Positions 48,719 to 57,821 are shown, counted from the stretch's first letter. The stretch is 64,000 nucleotides of DNA from Candidatus Colwellbacteria bacterium CG10_big_fil_rev_8_21_14_0_10_41_28 (GCA_002773755.1 PFAG01000014.1:6634-70633), one strand, 5' to 3'. The notes: generated by a model not told the origin, from the letters alone. Translations and numbers: made by a program.

Positions 48719-48822
48719 CATATATATAATAATTGCTATAATATACTCGTTCATTAAAGACTCCGGTTTTTGATGGACATATGAAGAAATCGCCTCCGGG
48801 CGATTTTTTCACGTCTATAGAT
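48715..48822 (+). repeat. 108-bp module copy 2 (promoter + small RNA + terminator)
   Basis: Same architecture as 46953..47060; differences confined to promoter spacer, TSS region and one stem position (C->U keeps G-U pair). Confidence 0.75.
48749..48810 (+). ncRNA. candidate small RNA (copy 2)
   Basis: As copy 1. Confidence 0.45.
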
Positions 48823-48849
48823 TTATAAAACACATAGCCAAACGTGATT

Positions 48850-48885
48850 CAGCCCTGCTAATAGATTTCTCTAGAAGCAGGGCTG
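48850..48885. other. 10-bp perfect hairpin CAGCCCTGCT..AGCAGGGCTG with GATTTCT in loop, 24 nt downstream of minus-strand small ORF
   Basis: Inverted repeat seen directly; loop shares GATTTCT with hairpin at 38453..38484. Confidence 0.4.
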
Positions 48886-48911
48886 TTAGGTTGATGGCTC
48901 ATTCTCTTTGG

Positions 48912-49022
48912 TCACCTGCTACTGATCCTCTCGTAGAGGTATGCGATGGCAACTACTGCCAAGAGCAGAGTCAGCCCAGTCGCATACGAGGCCGGTGGTC
49001 TGGTCGCCAGAGTGAAGAACAT
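48912..49022 (-). CDS. 36-aa small membrane peptide (MFFTLATRPPASYATGLTLLLAVVAIAYLYERISSR)
   Basis: GGAGGAG 4-6 nt upstream of ATG; TM helix + charged tail; antisense to a weaker plus-strand ORF from the track. Confidence 0.35.
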   Translation of the reverse strand: MFFTLATRPPASYATGLTLLLAVVAIAYLYERISSR

Positions 49023-49167
49023 CAGACTCCTCCGATTGTACTGGACATGGGGCTTCCTACTCCCCATCTTAATTTGAAAATACAATTAATTAATACGTTA
49101 GTCAAAAAGAAAAAGTGGATGATATAATTTTCATATGGATGAAGTAGATTTTAAGAATAAGAAATAG

Positions 49168-50280
49168 ATGGATAGAAAGGACTTAATTCAAATAGCAGTA
49201 ATAGTTGGTGTAGCCATACTAGTTACAGTAGGTGTGGTTTCGTTCGTAGCTCTTAGTCAAAAAGAATCAACACCAATCAATCCTATTAATATTGGCTCGC
49301 AATCGAAAGCTGACCTATACACCCCAGCGATAGATATATCTTCACCGGATGGATTCATTAATACTGATCCAATTAACATAAGTGATCTAGTAGCCGACAG
49401 CAAAGTTGTTCTACTCGATATATGGACATACTCCTGCATCAACTGCCAGAGAACTCTTCCATATCTTAATGCTTGGCATGAAGAATATGCTGATGACGGA
49501 TTGGTAATAATAGGTCTTCACACACCTGAATTTGAATTTGAAAAAGATATAGCGAATGTTAGAAGGGCTGTAGAAAAATATGGTATAGAATATCCAGTTG
49601 TCCTAGACAACGACTATTCAACATGGAATGCATATGGAAATAGATATTGGCCACGTAAATATCTAATCGATATAGATGGATACGTTGTATATGATCACAT
49701 AGGAGAAGGGGGTTACGAAGAAACAGAAAAGGCCATCCAAGCTGCTCTAGCAGAAAGAGCCAAGAGATTAGGAGAGGAACTGGATGAAATGAGTGGAGCT
49801 AAGGTAGAAAATGCAGAAACAGTTGATCCAAGAACAGTTAAGACTCCAGAAACATATATTGGATACTTAAGAGTAAGTAACATGGCTAATCTTCCATCAG
49901 AAGAGTGCTTTGATTCAAGCTGTCAGCTCGATGCTCCAGATAGACTATCTCTCAATGATTTTGCTCTGGATGGTGTTTGGAAAATAGGTTCGGAGGGAGC
50001 AACCCTAGAAAGCACTACGGGTTCAATATTTATTAAGTTCTCGGCCAATAAGGCAAATCTAGTACTAACATCAGAAACATCTGTTCTGGGCCAAATCTAT
50101 TTAGATGGAGAATTAGTGGGCGAAGCTAGTAGTGGTTCAGACGTAGTGTCTGGAACAATTAAGGTAATGGATAATGATCTATATAATCTCATAGACCTAA
50201 GAGGGGAGCCTGGAGAACATCTTCTTGAGATCAGATTTCTTGAACCTGGAGTCTCAGCCTTTGCCTTTACTTTCGGATAA
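49168..50280 (+). CDS. membrane-anchored thioredoxin-fold (TlpA/redoxin family) protein with extra C-terminal domain
   Basis: N-terminal TM; redoxin region with CxxC (SCINCQ); ~170-aa C-terminal beta-rich domain of unknown function. Confidence 0.7.
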   Translation: MDRKDLIQIAVIVGVAILVTVGVVSFVALSQKESTPINPINIGSQSKADLYTPAIDISSPDGFINTDPINISDLVADSKVVLLDIWTYSCINCQRTLPYLNAWHEEYADDGLVIIGLHTPEFEFEKDIANVRRAVEKYGIEYPVVLDNDYSTWNAYGNRYWPRKYLIDIDGYVVYDHIGEGGYEETEKAIQAALAERAKRLGEELDEMSGAKVENAETVDPRTVKTPETYIGYLRVSNMANLPSEECFDSSCQLDAPDRLSLNDFALDGVWKIGSEGATLESTTGSIFIKFSANKANLVLTSETSVLGQIYLDGELVGEASSGSDVVSGTIKVMDNDLYNLIDLRGEPGEHLLEIRFLEPGVSAFAFTFG

Positions 50281-50282
50281 AG

Positions 50283-51128
50283 CTAGTTTAGAGAAATAGG
50301 TTTTTTCCCTTCAACTTGTATCTCTTCTAATACGAGCTTGATACCGTCTTTCTTGGCATCTAATATTTTTGTTCTCTTGCCATCCATAAATGTATAAACT
50401 CCTGGCTCAGGATTTAGTGCCCTTATTTTCCTTAATATGCTTTCAGTCAACCTGTCATCTCCTATAAGAGCATTCTCTAAATCTTTCTCTTTAATAAAGG
50501 CATCATCTGTTTTAAAAAAACCAGAATACGTTGCTTCTGTGTGGTTTTGACTAACTGGATGCAAGGAACCATCTATATATTTAGGTATCTCTTCTAGACA
50601 AAGCTCTATGGCTACATCGATTATCTTATCCGTAAGTTTTTTTAAATTATCTTTGCCTATAAGCACCTTTTTGGAGGCAATAATTGGACCGTTATCCATC
50701 TTTTCGTCTAGAAGATAAAGGGTAACTCCAGTATGAGCTTTCCCATCCAGTATAGCTGTTCTAATAGGGGATGGGCCTCTCAGCTCAGGTAAGAGTGATG
50801 GGTGAATCCCAATAATACCCTTGGGGAAGATATCAATAACCTCTTTTGGGATTATCTTGTTATAGGCTAGAACTAATCCAAACTCATAATCTCCAAATTC
50901 TTCTTTCGCTAAGCTCGATAATTCTTTCTTATCTTTTGGTTGATAGACCTTTGTGTCAAACTTATTGTCGAGAATGAACTTCTTAGTAGACGGAGGAGCA
51001 ATAACTCTATCTCTACCAACTGGCCTATCTGGATTACAAACCAAAGCCCCAGGAACTATATCTTTTTCAACAAGTCCTCTTAAAACAGCACTGGCTATAT
51101 CGGGGGTTCCAAAGAATACGAATTTCAT
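50283..51128 (-). CDS. fmt: methionyl-tRNA formyltransferase
   Basis: Formyltransferase N-domain (HPSLLP..RG) + C-terminal domain. Confidence 0.8.
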   Translation of the reverse strand: MKFVFFGTPDIASAVLRGLVEKDIVPGALVCNPDRPVGRDRVIAPPSTKKFILDNKFDTKVYQPKDKKELSSLAKEEFGDYEFGLVLAYNKIIPKEVIDIFPKGIIGIHPSLLPELRGPSPIRTAILDGKAHTGVTLYLLDEKMDNGPIIASKKVLIGKDNLKKLTDKIIDVAIELCLEEIPKYIDGSLHPVSQNHTEATYSGFFKTDDAFIKEKDLENALIGDDRLTESILRKIRALNPEPGVYTFMDGKRTKILDAKKDGIKLVLEEIQVEGKKPISLN

Positions 51129-51129
51129 T

Positions 51130-51615
51130 TTAAGAATTATGTAGTTCAGCTCCCTTAGCTAGTCTGTCTATAAACAGATGTCCATTGAGATGGTCAACCT
51201 CATGCTGAAAGATAACAGCCAGCATTCCCCAAGCCTTCACCTTAACTTGTTTTCCACTCTTATTTTGAGCAATCAAAGTTATTTTGGCTAATCTCTCTGT
51301 TAATCCAAAATTTCCAGGGATACTAAGACAACCTTCTGCTGTTTCTTCAACCTCATCGCTAGAAGATTTCTCTATCTTGGGATTAAAAAACACATAGAAC
51401 TTTCCCTCCCATTGGGCTACAAAAACACTAGCGTCTAACCCGACCTGGTTTGCGGCAAGGCCAATACCATCTGCATCATTCATCGTCTTTCTCATCTGTT
51501 TTATCAGATCATCTATCTCTTTCTTGGATAGACTATCAAAATCAAAAGGTTTAACCTTCTTTCTTAAAAACTTTTCTTCTTCTTTATTTTTTACCTTTAG
51601 AATCTTCTTCATCAC
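51130..51615 (-). CDS. def: peptide deformylase
   Basis: GCLSIPG, QHEVDHLNG motifs. Confidence 0.85.
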   Translation of the reverse strand: MMKKILKVKNKEEEKFLRKKVKPFDFDSLSKKEIDDLIKQMRKTMNDADGIGLAANQVGLDASVFVAQWEGKFYVFFNPKIEKSSSDEVEETAEGCLSIPGNFGLTERLAKITLIAQNKSGKQVKVKAWGMLAVIFQHEVDHLNGHLFIDRLAKGAELHNS

Positions 51616-51871
51616 TGTATAGAACCTTCATAAAGTATGCTCCTTTATTTTCTACATTCTCTCTTTCGGCTATCGATTTAGCTAGTCTAAGCAGTTTATC
51701 TTTTGAATACTCTTTGGCAAGTTTCATATATAAAGATTTATGAGAGTCGTCTTGGAGTATCTCGGCAAGCTCAAGGCCTACCAACTGATGCTCTGAATAA
51801 ACCTTAGAATCTTTAGAGCGTTTCTTAAGTTCTGCTATGTAATCTGGGACTGCATTCATATCAATTGCCAT
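51584..51871 (-). CDS. hypothetical protein (95 aa)
   Basis: ORF overlapping def start by 32 nt; no motifs. Confidence 0.35.
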   Translation of the reverse strand: MAIDMNAVPDYIAELKKRSKDSKVYSEHQLVGLELAEILQDDSHKSLYMKLAKEYSKDKLLRLAKSIAERENVENKGAYFMKVLYSDEEDSKGKK

Positions 51872-51906
51872 TATATCAGATGACGTTTACAATTTAGCAG
51901 TAATAG

Positions 51907-53154
51907 ATGCTTGATAGAAAAGATCATAAGAATATCAAAAACGCTTTTTTTGTTTCAGCCATTATAGTTTCTCTAATCTTGAGTTGGAGTGGCTTCTACT
52001 TTCTCGGTTTAAATACTGGCCTGCAAGAGCCCAAGAATATAAGAATAAACAACGTCTCTGACACAAATCCAGAGGCCAATGTCGGCTCTGTTAGCTTTAA
52101 CACATTCTGGGAAGCTTGGGATAGATTAAAGAGTACCCATCCCGATGCAAATGAGATTGAAGATATAGATCTTCTATATGGAGCTATTAGCGGATTAGCT
52201 GGGACTTTTAATGATCCAAACACTGTCTATTTCAACCCAGGGGACTCGCAAAAGTTCAATGAGGATATAAATGGATCTTTTAGTGGAATAGGCGCTGAAA
52301 TTGGAATGAGAGACGATGTGCTGACGGTTATAGCCCCTCTTAAAAATAGTCCCGCAGAGAGAGCAGGCCTTAGGGCAGGAGATGTAATCGCTGAAATAGA
52401 TGAAAAGGATACATCAGATATGACTGTAGACGATGCGGTTAAATACATCAGGGGTCCATTCGGCACAAAAGTTGTTTTGAAGATATTCAGAGAAGGAGAA
52501 CCTGATCCAATTGATATAACAATCACCAGGGATACTATAAATATCCCAACCATAGAAACTCAAATTCTTGAAGGAGACATTCTTTATATACAACTATATA
52601 ACTTCACAAGTTCATCTCCGCAGCTATTCAGACAGGCACTTCTCGCAAACTCTCTAACTAATTCAAAGGGTTTGATATTAGACTTCAGGAACAATCCAGG
52701 AGGATTTCTTTCAGCAGCCGTTAATATATCCGGTTGGTTTATAGAAAAAGGAGAAACCGTTGTTTCAGAGAAGTTCGGCTCAGGAAGCGAAAGGATCTTA
52801 ACCTCATATGGGAATGCTGCGCTTAAAGAGTTTCCTGTCGTTGTTTTAGTTAACGAAGGATCTGCTTCTGCATCAGAAATTGTTGCGGGAGCTCTTCAGA
52901 CACAAAATGGCACTAAACTAATTGGTCAAACCACCTTTGGAAAAGGAACTGTTCAAGAGCTTCAGGACTTGAGTGATGGCTCTACGCTCAAAATAACCGT
53001 TGCCAACTGGCTTCTTCCAGATGGAACCCTAATTGAGAAGAATGGTATCAAGCCCGACTATGAAGTTGAAATAACAGAAGAAGACTTTTTGGATGGAAAA
53101 GATCCTCAGCTAGAAAAAGCGATAGAGGTATTAAGAGAAGAGATAAACAAATGA
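51907..53154 (+). CDS. ctpA: C-terminal processing protease (S41, PDZ-containing)
   Basis: PDZ domain + S41 catalytic region (GSASASEI.., K in TFGKGT). Confidence 0.8.
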   Translation: MLDRKDHKNIKNAFFVSAIIVSLILSWSGFYFLGLNTGLQEPKNIRINNVSDTNPEANVGSVSFNTFWEAWDRLKSTHPDANEIEDIDLLYGAISGLAGTFNDPNTVYFNPGDSQKFNEDINGSFSGIGAEIGMRDDVLTVIAPLKNSPAERAGLRAGDVIAEIDEKDTSDMTVDDAVKYIRGPFGTKVVLKIFREGEPDPIDITITRDTINIPTIETQILEGDILYIQLYNFTSSSPQLFRQALLANSLTNSKGLILDFRNNPGGFLSAAVNISGWFIEKGETVVSEKFGSGSERILTSYGNAALKEFPVVVLVNEGSASASEIVAGALQTQNGTKLIGQTTFGKGTVQELQDLSDGSTLKITVANWLLPDGTLIEKNGIKPDYEVEITEEDFLDGKDPQLEKAIEVLREEINK

Positions 53155-53603
53155 AAGTAGTCTTACTCGAAAATATAAAACACCTAGGTCAGAAGAATGA
53201 GATTAAAGATGTCTCCATCGGTTATGCTAGAAACTTCTTAATCAAAAGGGGACTAGCCAAACCAGCTGACAAATCTGCAATCAATGAAGTTGAGGAAATC
53301 AATAAGACTTCGTCTGAACAAAAAGAAGTTGTAAAAGGAGCCCTGAAAACTCTCCAAGATGAGACCAAAGAAAATCCAATAAAGATTTCTGTTAAGGCTG
53401 GTAAAAGGGGAGAGGTCTTTGGCTCAGTCAAAGATGTGGATATATTGAATACCATATACAAAAAATTCCCAAAGATAAAAGCTGAAAAGATTAAAGTAGA
53501 TATGAATAAACCCCTAAAAGAGCTAGGGGTTCATGAAATTCAACTTATGAGTGGGGGGAAGACCCTATCAACCGTTAAGATTGAAATAGTCCCCGAGGCT
53601 TAA
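53151..53603 (+). CDS. rplI: 50S ribosomal protein L9
   Basis: [31 protein letters not shown].. L9. Confidence 0.85.
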   Translation: MKVVLLENIKHLGQKNEIKDVSIGYARNFLIKRGLAKPADKSAINEVEEINKTSSEQKEVVKGALKTLQDETKENPIKISVKAGKRGEVFGSVKDVDILNTIYKKFPKIKAEKIKVDMNKPLKELGVHEIQLMSGGKTLSTVKIEIVPEA

Positions 53604-53878
53604 GCAGCTAGCACCTCTACCATCTTGGCGGTACGTTTCTTACCGTCAAACTTAGTCTTGGTCTTATTTTTAAAATTAACCACGCCATCAACAGCGGCGT
53701 ATAAAGTGTCATCGCTACCCTTATTAACATTCTGACCTGGTAGGTACTTTGTTCCTCTTTGTCTAACGATGATTTCACCAGCACCAACTTTTTGACCATC
53801 AAAAAGTTTAACGCCTAAACGTTTTGAAGCTGATTCTCTTAAGTTTTTTGCTGATCCTCCTGCCTTTGTATGTGCCAT
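53600..53878 (-). CDS. rpmA: 50S ribosomal protein L27
   Basis: [38 protein letters not shown]. Confidence 0.9.
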   Translation of the reverse strand: MAHTKAGGSAKNLRESASKRLGVKLFDGQKVGAGEIIVRQRGTKYLPGQNVNKGSDDTLYAAVDGVVNFKNKTKTKFDGKKRTAKMVEVLAA

Positions 53879-53944
53879 AATTCAATACTTCTTATCGGGA
53901 AAAGTATGTATTAAAATATACTTAATGTCAATTTAGATCTACAG

Positions 53945-54073
53945 ATGAAACCCAAACTAAAAATAGCCATATTTATAGTGCTCACAACTCTTTTATCCTT
54001 TGCTATTGGATATATCTTGGGCAACGAAGATAGTAGGGCGCCTATTCTAATAGATGTAGAAAAAACAGAATAA
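53945..54073 (+). CDS. possible 42-aa small membrane protein
   Basis: ATG ORF with one TM helix; no SD; weak. Confidence 0.2.
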   Translation: MKPKLKIAIFIVLTTLLSFAIGYILGNEDSRAPILIDVEKTE

Positions 54074-54112
54074 AACCCTTATCATATTCACGGCACATCA
54101 AGAGGAGGAACT

Positions 54113-54487
54113 TTGCAGAGAGAACTAAAGATCCAATACGACAAGAGTCGGGAAATCCTCTCTTACGAGGTTTTCAATTCAAAAAATGGAAGGATCGTCC
54201 GCAAAGAGTCGATCCCAGCCAAACCTCGACAGGCTCTTCGTTTCATCTCGGGACTTCTCTCCAGTGGAGTGATGAACGTAGATGAGAAGATTTCCTTTTA
54301 CGAGAGGGTCATCAGCCTTTCTCGTGGAGAGAAAATCGACGAAGGGGCCAGGGGAGATGTGGAATACTTCTTTCTTGGAGCCCTAACAAGGATCTCTGAG
54401 TCTGGAGGAGTCTTCTCAAACTGCGACATGTCGATGGCTTTGACCTTGAGGAATAAGCTTGAAGCATTGACCACACCTGCTCGGTAA
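54113..54487 (+). CDS. hypothetical protein (124 aa, TTG start) in GC-rich island
   Basis: GAGGAGG immediately upstream of TTG; stop codon lies in stem of 12-bp perfect hairpin. Confidence 0.45.
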   Translation: MQRELKIQYDKSREILSYEVFNSKNGRIVRKESIPAKPRQALRFISGLLSSGVMNVDEKISFYERVISLSRGEKIDEGARGDVEYFFLGALTRISESGGVFSNCDMSMALTLRNKLEALTTPAR

Positions 54488-54523
54488 TCGGTATCACCAA
54501 TTTGGTATCCCTTACCGAGCAGG
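54476..54523 (+). terminator. 12-bp perfect hairpin CCTGCTCGGTAA..TTACCGAGCAGG overlapping stop codon
   Basis: Inverted repeat seen directly; no strong U-tract, so terminator vs RNA-stability element uncertain. Confidence 0.4.
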
Positions 54524-54561
54524 GCTACCAATTAGTAGGAAGCGTTATAATATTTCTATAT

Positions 54562-55728
54562 ATGAAAAAAGTTGTTTTTCTTACTCTATCTACACTAGTT
54601 CTGACCAGTTTTTTTATACCAATAATTGTTGCTCAAGAGAGTAGGGCTGAAATAAATTTCTTCTACAGTGAAACCTGCCCACACTGTCACGAAGAGAGTA
54701 AATTCCTAGATACTCTAGAAGAAGATTATGGTGATCAGATACAGGTAAATAGATATACGGTAAGTGATCCGATAAGAGATTCTGGAAATCTTGCTCTGGT
54801 TAGAAATTTTGCAGAGGAAGCCGGAATAGGGGAGAGTGTTGGATTAGTTCCAATAACCTTCATTAGCGATGATGCATATGTGGGATATACAGATAAGGCT
54901 GTGCCACCAGGAATCTATCCTGCTATAGCAACACCCGAATCAATCATGGCCTCTATAGAGGAGATTGTTGGCCCACTTGAAAGGAAAGAGGGGAAATCCG
55001 GATTATTCGCCAATATAGATTATGAAAATTATTCTCTCCCAGTCCTAGCCGCCCTAATGGGATTCCTGGATGGTTTTAATGTCTGTTCATTGGGAGCTCT
55101 CATAATCATCCTTGGATTAGTTCTCCAGCTCCAATCAAGACGTAAGATTATGCTTTATGGTGGAATATTCATATTTACCACAGCTCTTATATATGGGTTT
55201 CTTATAAATCTTTGGTATCAATTTTTCACAGTTGCAGAAGGTTATCTTGGAATATTAAGACCACTTATAGGTATCCTTGGTGTTGTTGGAGGAGCATATT
55301 TTATAAAAGAGTTCTTCCGTCTAAGAAATGTCGGCCTGGTTTGTAAAACAACTGGAGCCTCTTTCATAGACAAGATGACAAAGAGAACTGAGAAGATATT
55401 TAACAACCCACACAATATTTTATATATAGCAGGAGGGGTGCTGTTGTTTGCAGCCATTATTACATTAGTTGAGTTTCCATGCTCGGCCGCAGTTCCAGTC
55501 GCTTTTGCTGGACTACTTGCAGAACAGGGGATTGGAAATGCCGCTAGTCTTGGATTAATGGCAATTTTCATCTTTTTCTATCTCTTAGATGAAATAATTG
55601 TCTTTGCCCTAGCTGTCTGGAAAATGAGAATAGTCTCAAGTTCACCAGAGCTCACAACTTGGGCAACTCTTTTAGAAGGACTATTCCTTTTGGCTCTAGG
55701 CATTTATTACATCTCTTCAATCTTATAA
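54562..55728 (+). CDS. thioredoxin-like (CPHC) domain fused to CcdA/DsbD-type membrane thiol-disulfide transporter
   Basis: Signal/TM, CPHC motif, then multi-TM region with Cys in TM helices (FNVCSLGAL, EFPCSAAVP). Confidence 0.6.
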   Translation: MKKVVFLTLSTLVLTSFFIPIIVAQESRAEINFFYSETCPHCHEESKFLDTLEEDYGDQIQVNRYTVSDPIRDSGNLALVRNFAEEAGIGESVGLVPITFISDDAYVGYTDKAVPPGIYPAIATPESIMASIEEIVGPLERKEGKSGLFANIDYENYSLPVLAALMGFLDGFNVCSLGALIIILGLVLQLQSRRKIMLYGGIFIFTTALIYGFLINLWYQFFTVAEGYLGILRPLIGILGVVGGAYFIKEFFRLRNVGLVCKTTGASFIDKMTKRTEKIFNNPHNILYIAGGVLLFAAIITLVEFPCSAAVPVAFAGLLAEQGIGNAASLGLMAIFIFFYLLDEIIVFALAVWKMRIVSSSPELTTWATLLEGLFLLALGIYYISSIL

Positions 55729-55875
55729 ATCCGCTGTGCAAAGAATGTGAACCGCACTAAGAGAAAGAGAAAAAAGCTTTTATAGAGGCCCTTCGGCCAT
55801 AACAGGACCCCCCCACAGACAACTTGAGAAGAGACCTGTGCTGGGTCCTTCTCATATATGGAATATGCAAAAAGC

Positions 55876-57120
55876 TTATTCGTACCTTAGGGCCTCTATA
55901 GGATCTTTCTCAGCAGCTTTTTTGGCTGGATAGAGTCCGAAAACTAATCCTACAAGACTGGTTACACCAAGACCCAAGAATACGGCTGAGATAGGGAAGG
56001 TAAAAGTCCAAGCCGGAGCAACGGTTTGAGCGAGCACAAGCGATATTAAAAAGGCTAAAGTACCTCCAAGGATTATCCCAATCACACCACCTATGCTAGT
56101 AAGAAGCACAGCCTCGAATAGGAATTGATTCATAATATTTTTCTTTGTAGCCCCAACTGCTTTTCTCAAACCAATTTCTCTAGTTCTTTCAGTTATTGAG
56201 ACAAGCATGATATTCATGACCCCAACTCCACCCACAACCAAAGCAATAGCAACAACGGAAGAGAGGAATGCTGTAAGGCTTCCAATGATAATCTGTATCT
56301 GATCGGCTAAACCCTGCTGACTGACAGCAAAAAAGTCATCTTTATCTGGATCAGTTATCCCATGAGCTTCCCTCAAGGTTCTCGTAACATCTTCTATTAC
56401 ATATTCAACCATATCAGCACTTTTTGCAGTTAGAATAATCTCATGGTAATAATCTATCCCTAAGATATAAGTCATAGCAGTGGTGTGGGGGACTATAACC
56501 AAATCATCTATATCAAAAAAGGCGACTTGTCCTCTTGGCGCAAGAGAGCCAACAACCTTAAAACTCTGGTTTTTGATTCTAATACTTTCTCCAATAGGAC
56601 TCTTATCTCCAAAAAGCTCTTCCTTAACCTTGCTCCCGATAACAGCAACATTTGCCTTTTGCCTTGTATCGCTCTCATCAAAAAGAACTCCTTCCTCTGG
56701 ATATGCATCGAATGAATCGATGAAGAAATCTGCTGCACCTCCGATGACCATAGGTCTGTATGTATCACCTCCATAAGAAACACTTCCGGGAACGATGACA
56801 AAAGGGGACACCTCAATAACATCTGGAACATTACTCTTTTTTCTTAGTAGATCTACATCTCTATCTTTCAAAGAATCTCCCAAAAGAGTTTCGGCCACAT
56901 CGGTTGGCCCAGTAGGCTCTTGGCCAGGTCTTACCACAACAGTCTCTGCACCAAGTCCTCCAATTTCGCCCAAAATTAGGTTCTCAGCACCCTTTCCTAT
57001 CGACATCATCATTATTATCGAAGCAATGCCAATGAGCACTCCTAGGACGGTTAAGAAAGATCTCGATTTATTAACCCACAAAGCCCTATACGAAGTTCTT
57101 GCTATGTGTTTAATAGACAT
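55876..57120 (-). CDS. ABC transporter permease, MacB/FtsX family
   Basis: N-terminal TM, large periplasmic domain, C-terminal FtsX 3-TM bundle. Confidence 0.75.
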   Translation of the reverse strand: MSIKHIARTSYRALWVNKSRSFLTVLGVLIGIASIIMMMSIGKGAENLILGEIGGLGAETVVVRPGQEPTGPTDVAETLLGDSLKDRDVDLLRKKSNVPDVIEVSPFVIVPGSVSYGGDTYRPMVIGGAADFFIDSFDAYPEEGVLFDESDTRQKANVAVIGSKVKEELFGDKSPIGESIRIKNQSFKVVGSLAPRGQVAFFDIDDLVIVPHTTAMTYILGIDYYHEIILTAKSADMVEYVIEDVTRTLREAHGITDPDKDDFFAVSQQGLADQIQIIIGSLTAFLSSVVAIALVVGGVGVMNIMLVSITERTREIGLRKAVGATKKNIMNQFLFEAVLLTSIGGVIGIILGGTLAFLISLVLAQTVAPAWTFTFPISAVFLGLGVTSLVGLVFGLYPAKKAAEKDPIEALRYE

Positions 57121-57810
57121 CTATTTACTAATCTTCTTATCTTCTTCAATTAAACCATCTCGAAGTTTGATCATTCTTCTTGAATAAGCCGCTATTTCTT
57201 CTTCGTGGGTTACTATAACAATCGTCTTACCCTCTTTGTTTAGATCAGTGATGATGCTCATAAGATCTATACCTGCCTTTGTATCCAAATTACCAGTTGG
57301 CTCATCTGCAAAAATAACGTCTGGATCATTAACCAAAGCTCTCGCTATAGCCACCCTCTGTCTTTCTCCTCCAGAAAGTTGACCAGTCTCATGTTCCAAG
57401 CGATGCTCGAGATTAACTGCCTTGATGGCTTTAACAGCCATATCACTCCATTCAGACTCCTTAACATCTGAATATATGAGAGGAAGCTGAACATTCTCCA
57501 AGACGGTCGTCCTTGGAAGAAGATTGAAGGTCTGAAAAACGAATCCAAGACTCTCGTTTCTTAAGTTAGCTAGCTGAGTTTCATCGTATTCATCGATAGT
57601 TTTTCCATCAAACTCATAAGTTCCTTCTGTCTGCCTATCAAGCATACCCAAGATGTGAAGTAGGGTAGACTTCCCAGACCCGGAGGGACCCATGATAGAT
57701 ACGAACTCTCCTTTTTCTATCTCCAAAGAAGCATCTTTTAAGGCAACGGTCTCTACCTCGCCACTGCCGTACACTCTCTTTAGATTAGTCGCTTTGATCA
57801 GTTTAGACAC
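57121..57810 (-). CDS. ABC transporter ATP-binding protein (MacB/LolD type)
   Basis: GPSGSGKST, LSGGERQR, DEPTGNLD. Confidence 0.85.
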   Translation of the reverse strand: MSKLIKATNLKRVYGSGEVETVALKDASLEIEKGEFVSIMGPSGSGKSTLLHILGMLDRQTEGTYEFDGKTIDEYDETQLANLRNESLGFVFQTFNLLPRTTVLENVQLPLIYSDVKESEWSDMAVKAIKAVNLEHRLEHETGQLSGGERQRVAIARALVNDPDVIFADEPTGNLDTKAGIDLMSIITDLNKEGKTIVIVTHEEEIAAYSRRMIKLRDGLIEEDKKISK

Positions 57811-57821
57811 AGAGATATAGA

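Noticed and set aside
48891-49127. 78-aa plus-strand ORF in GC-rich island C
   Set aside because: No RBS and a compositionally odd product. The antisense 36-aa ORF with a GGAGGAG RBS is the better coding candidate. Both are kept open in the findings.
55770-55900. 12-bp inverted repeat TATAGAGGCCCT / AGGGCCTCTATA and nested stems between convergent genes
   Set aside because: The second arm lies inside the C-terminal codons of the MacB-like permease and the spacing is about 100 nt. The only minus-strand ORF (32 aa) has no RBS. Most simply a bidirectional terminator region rather than a mobile element.
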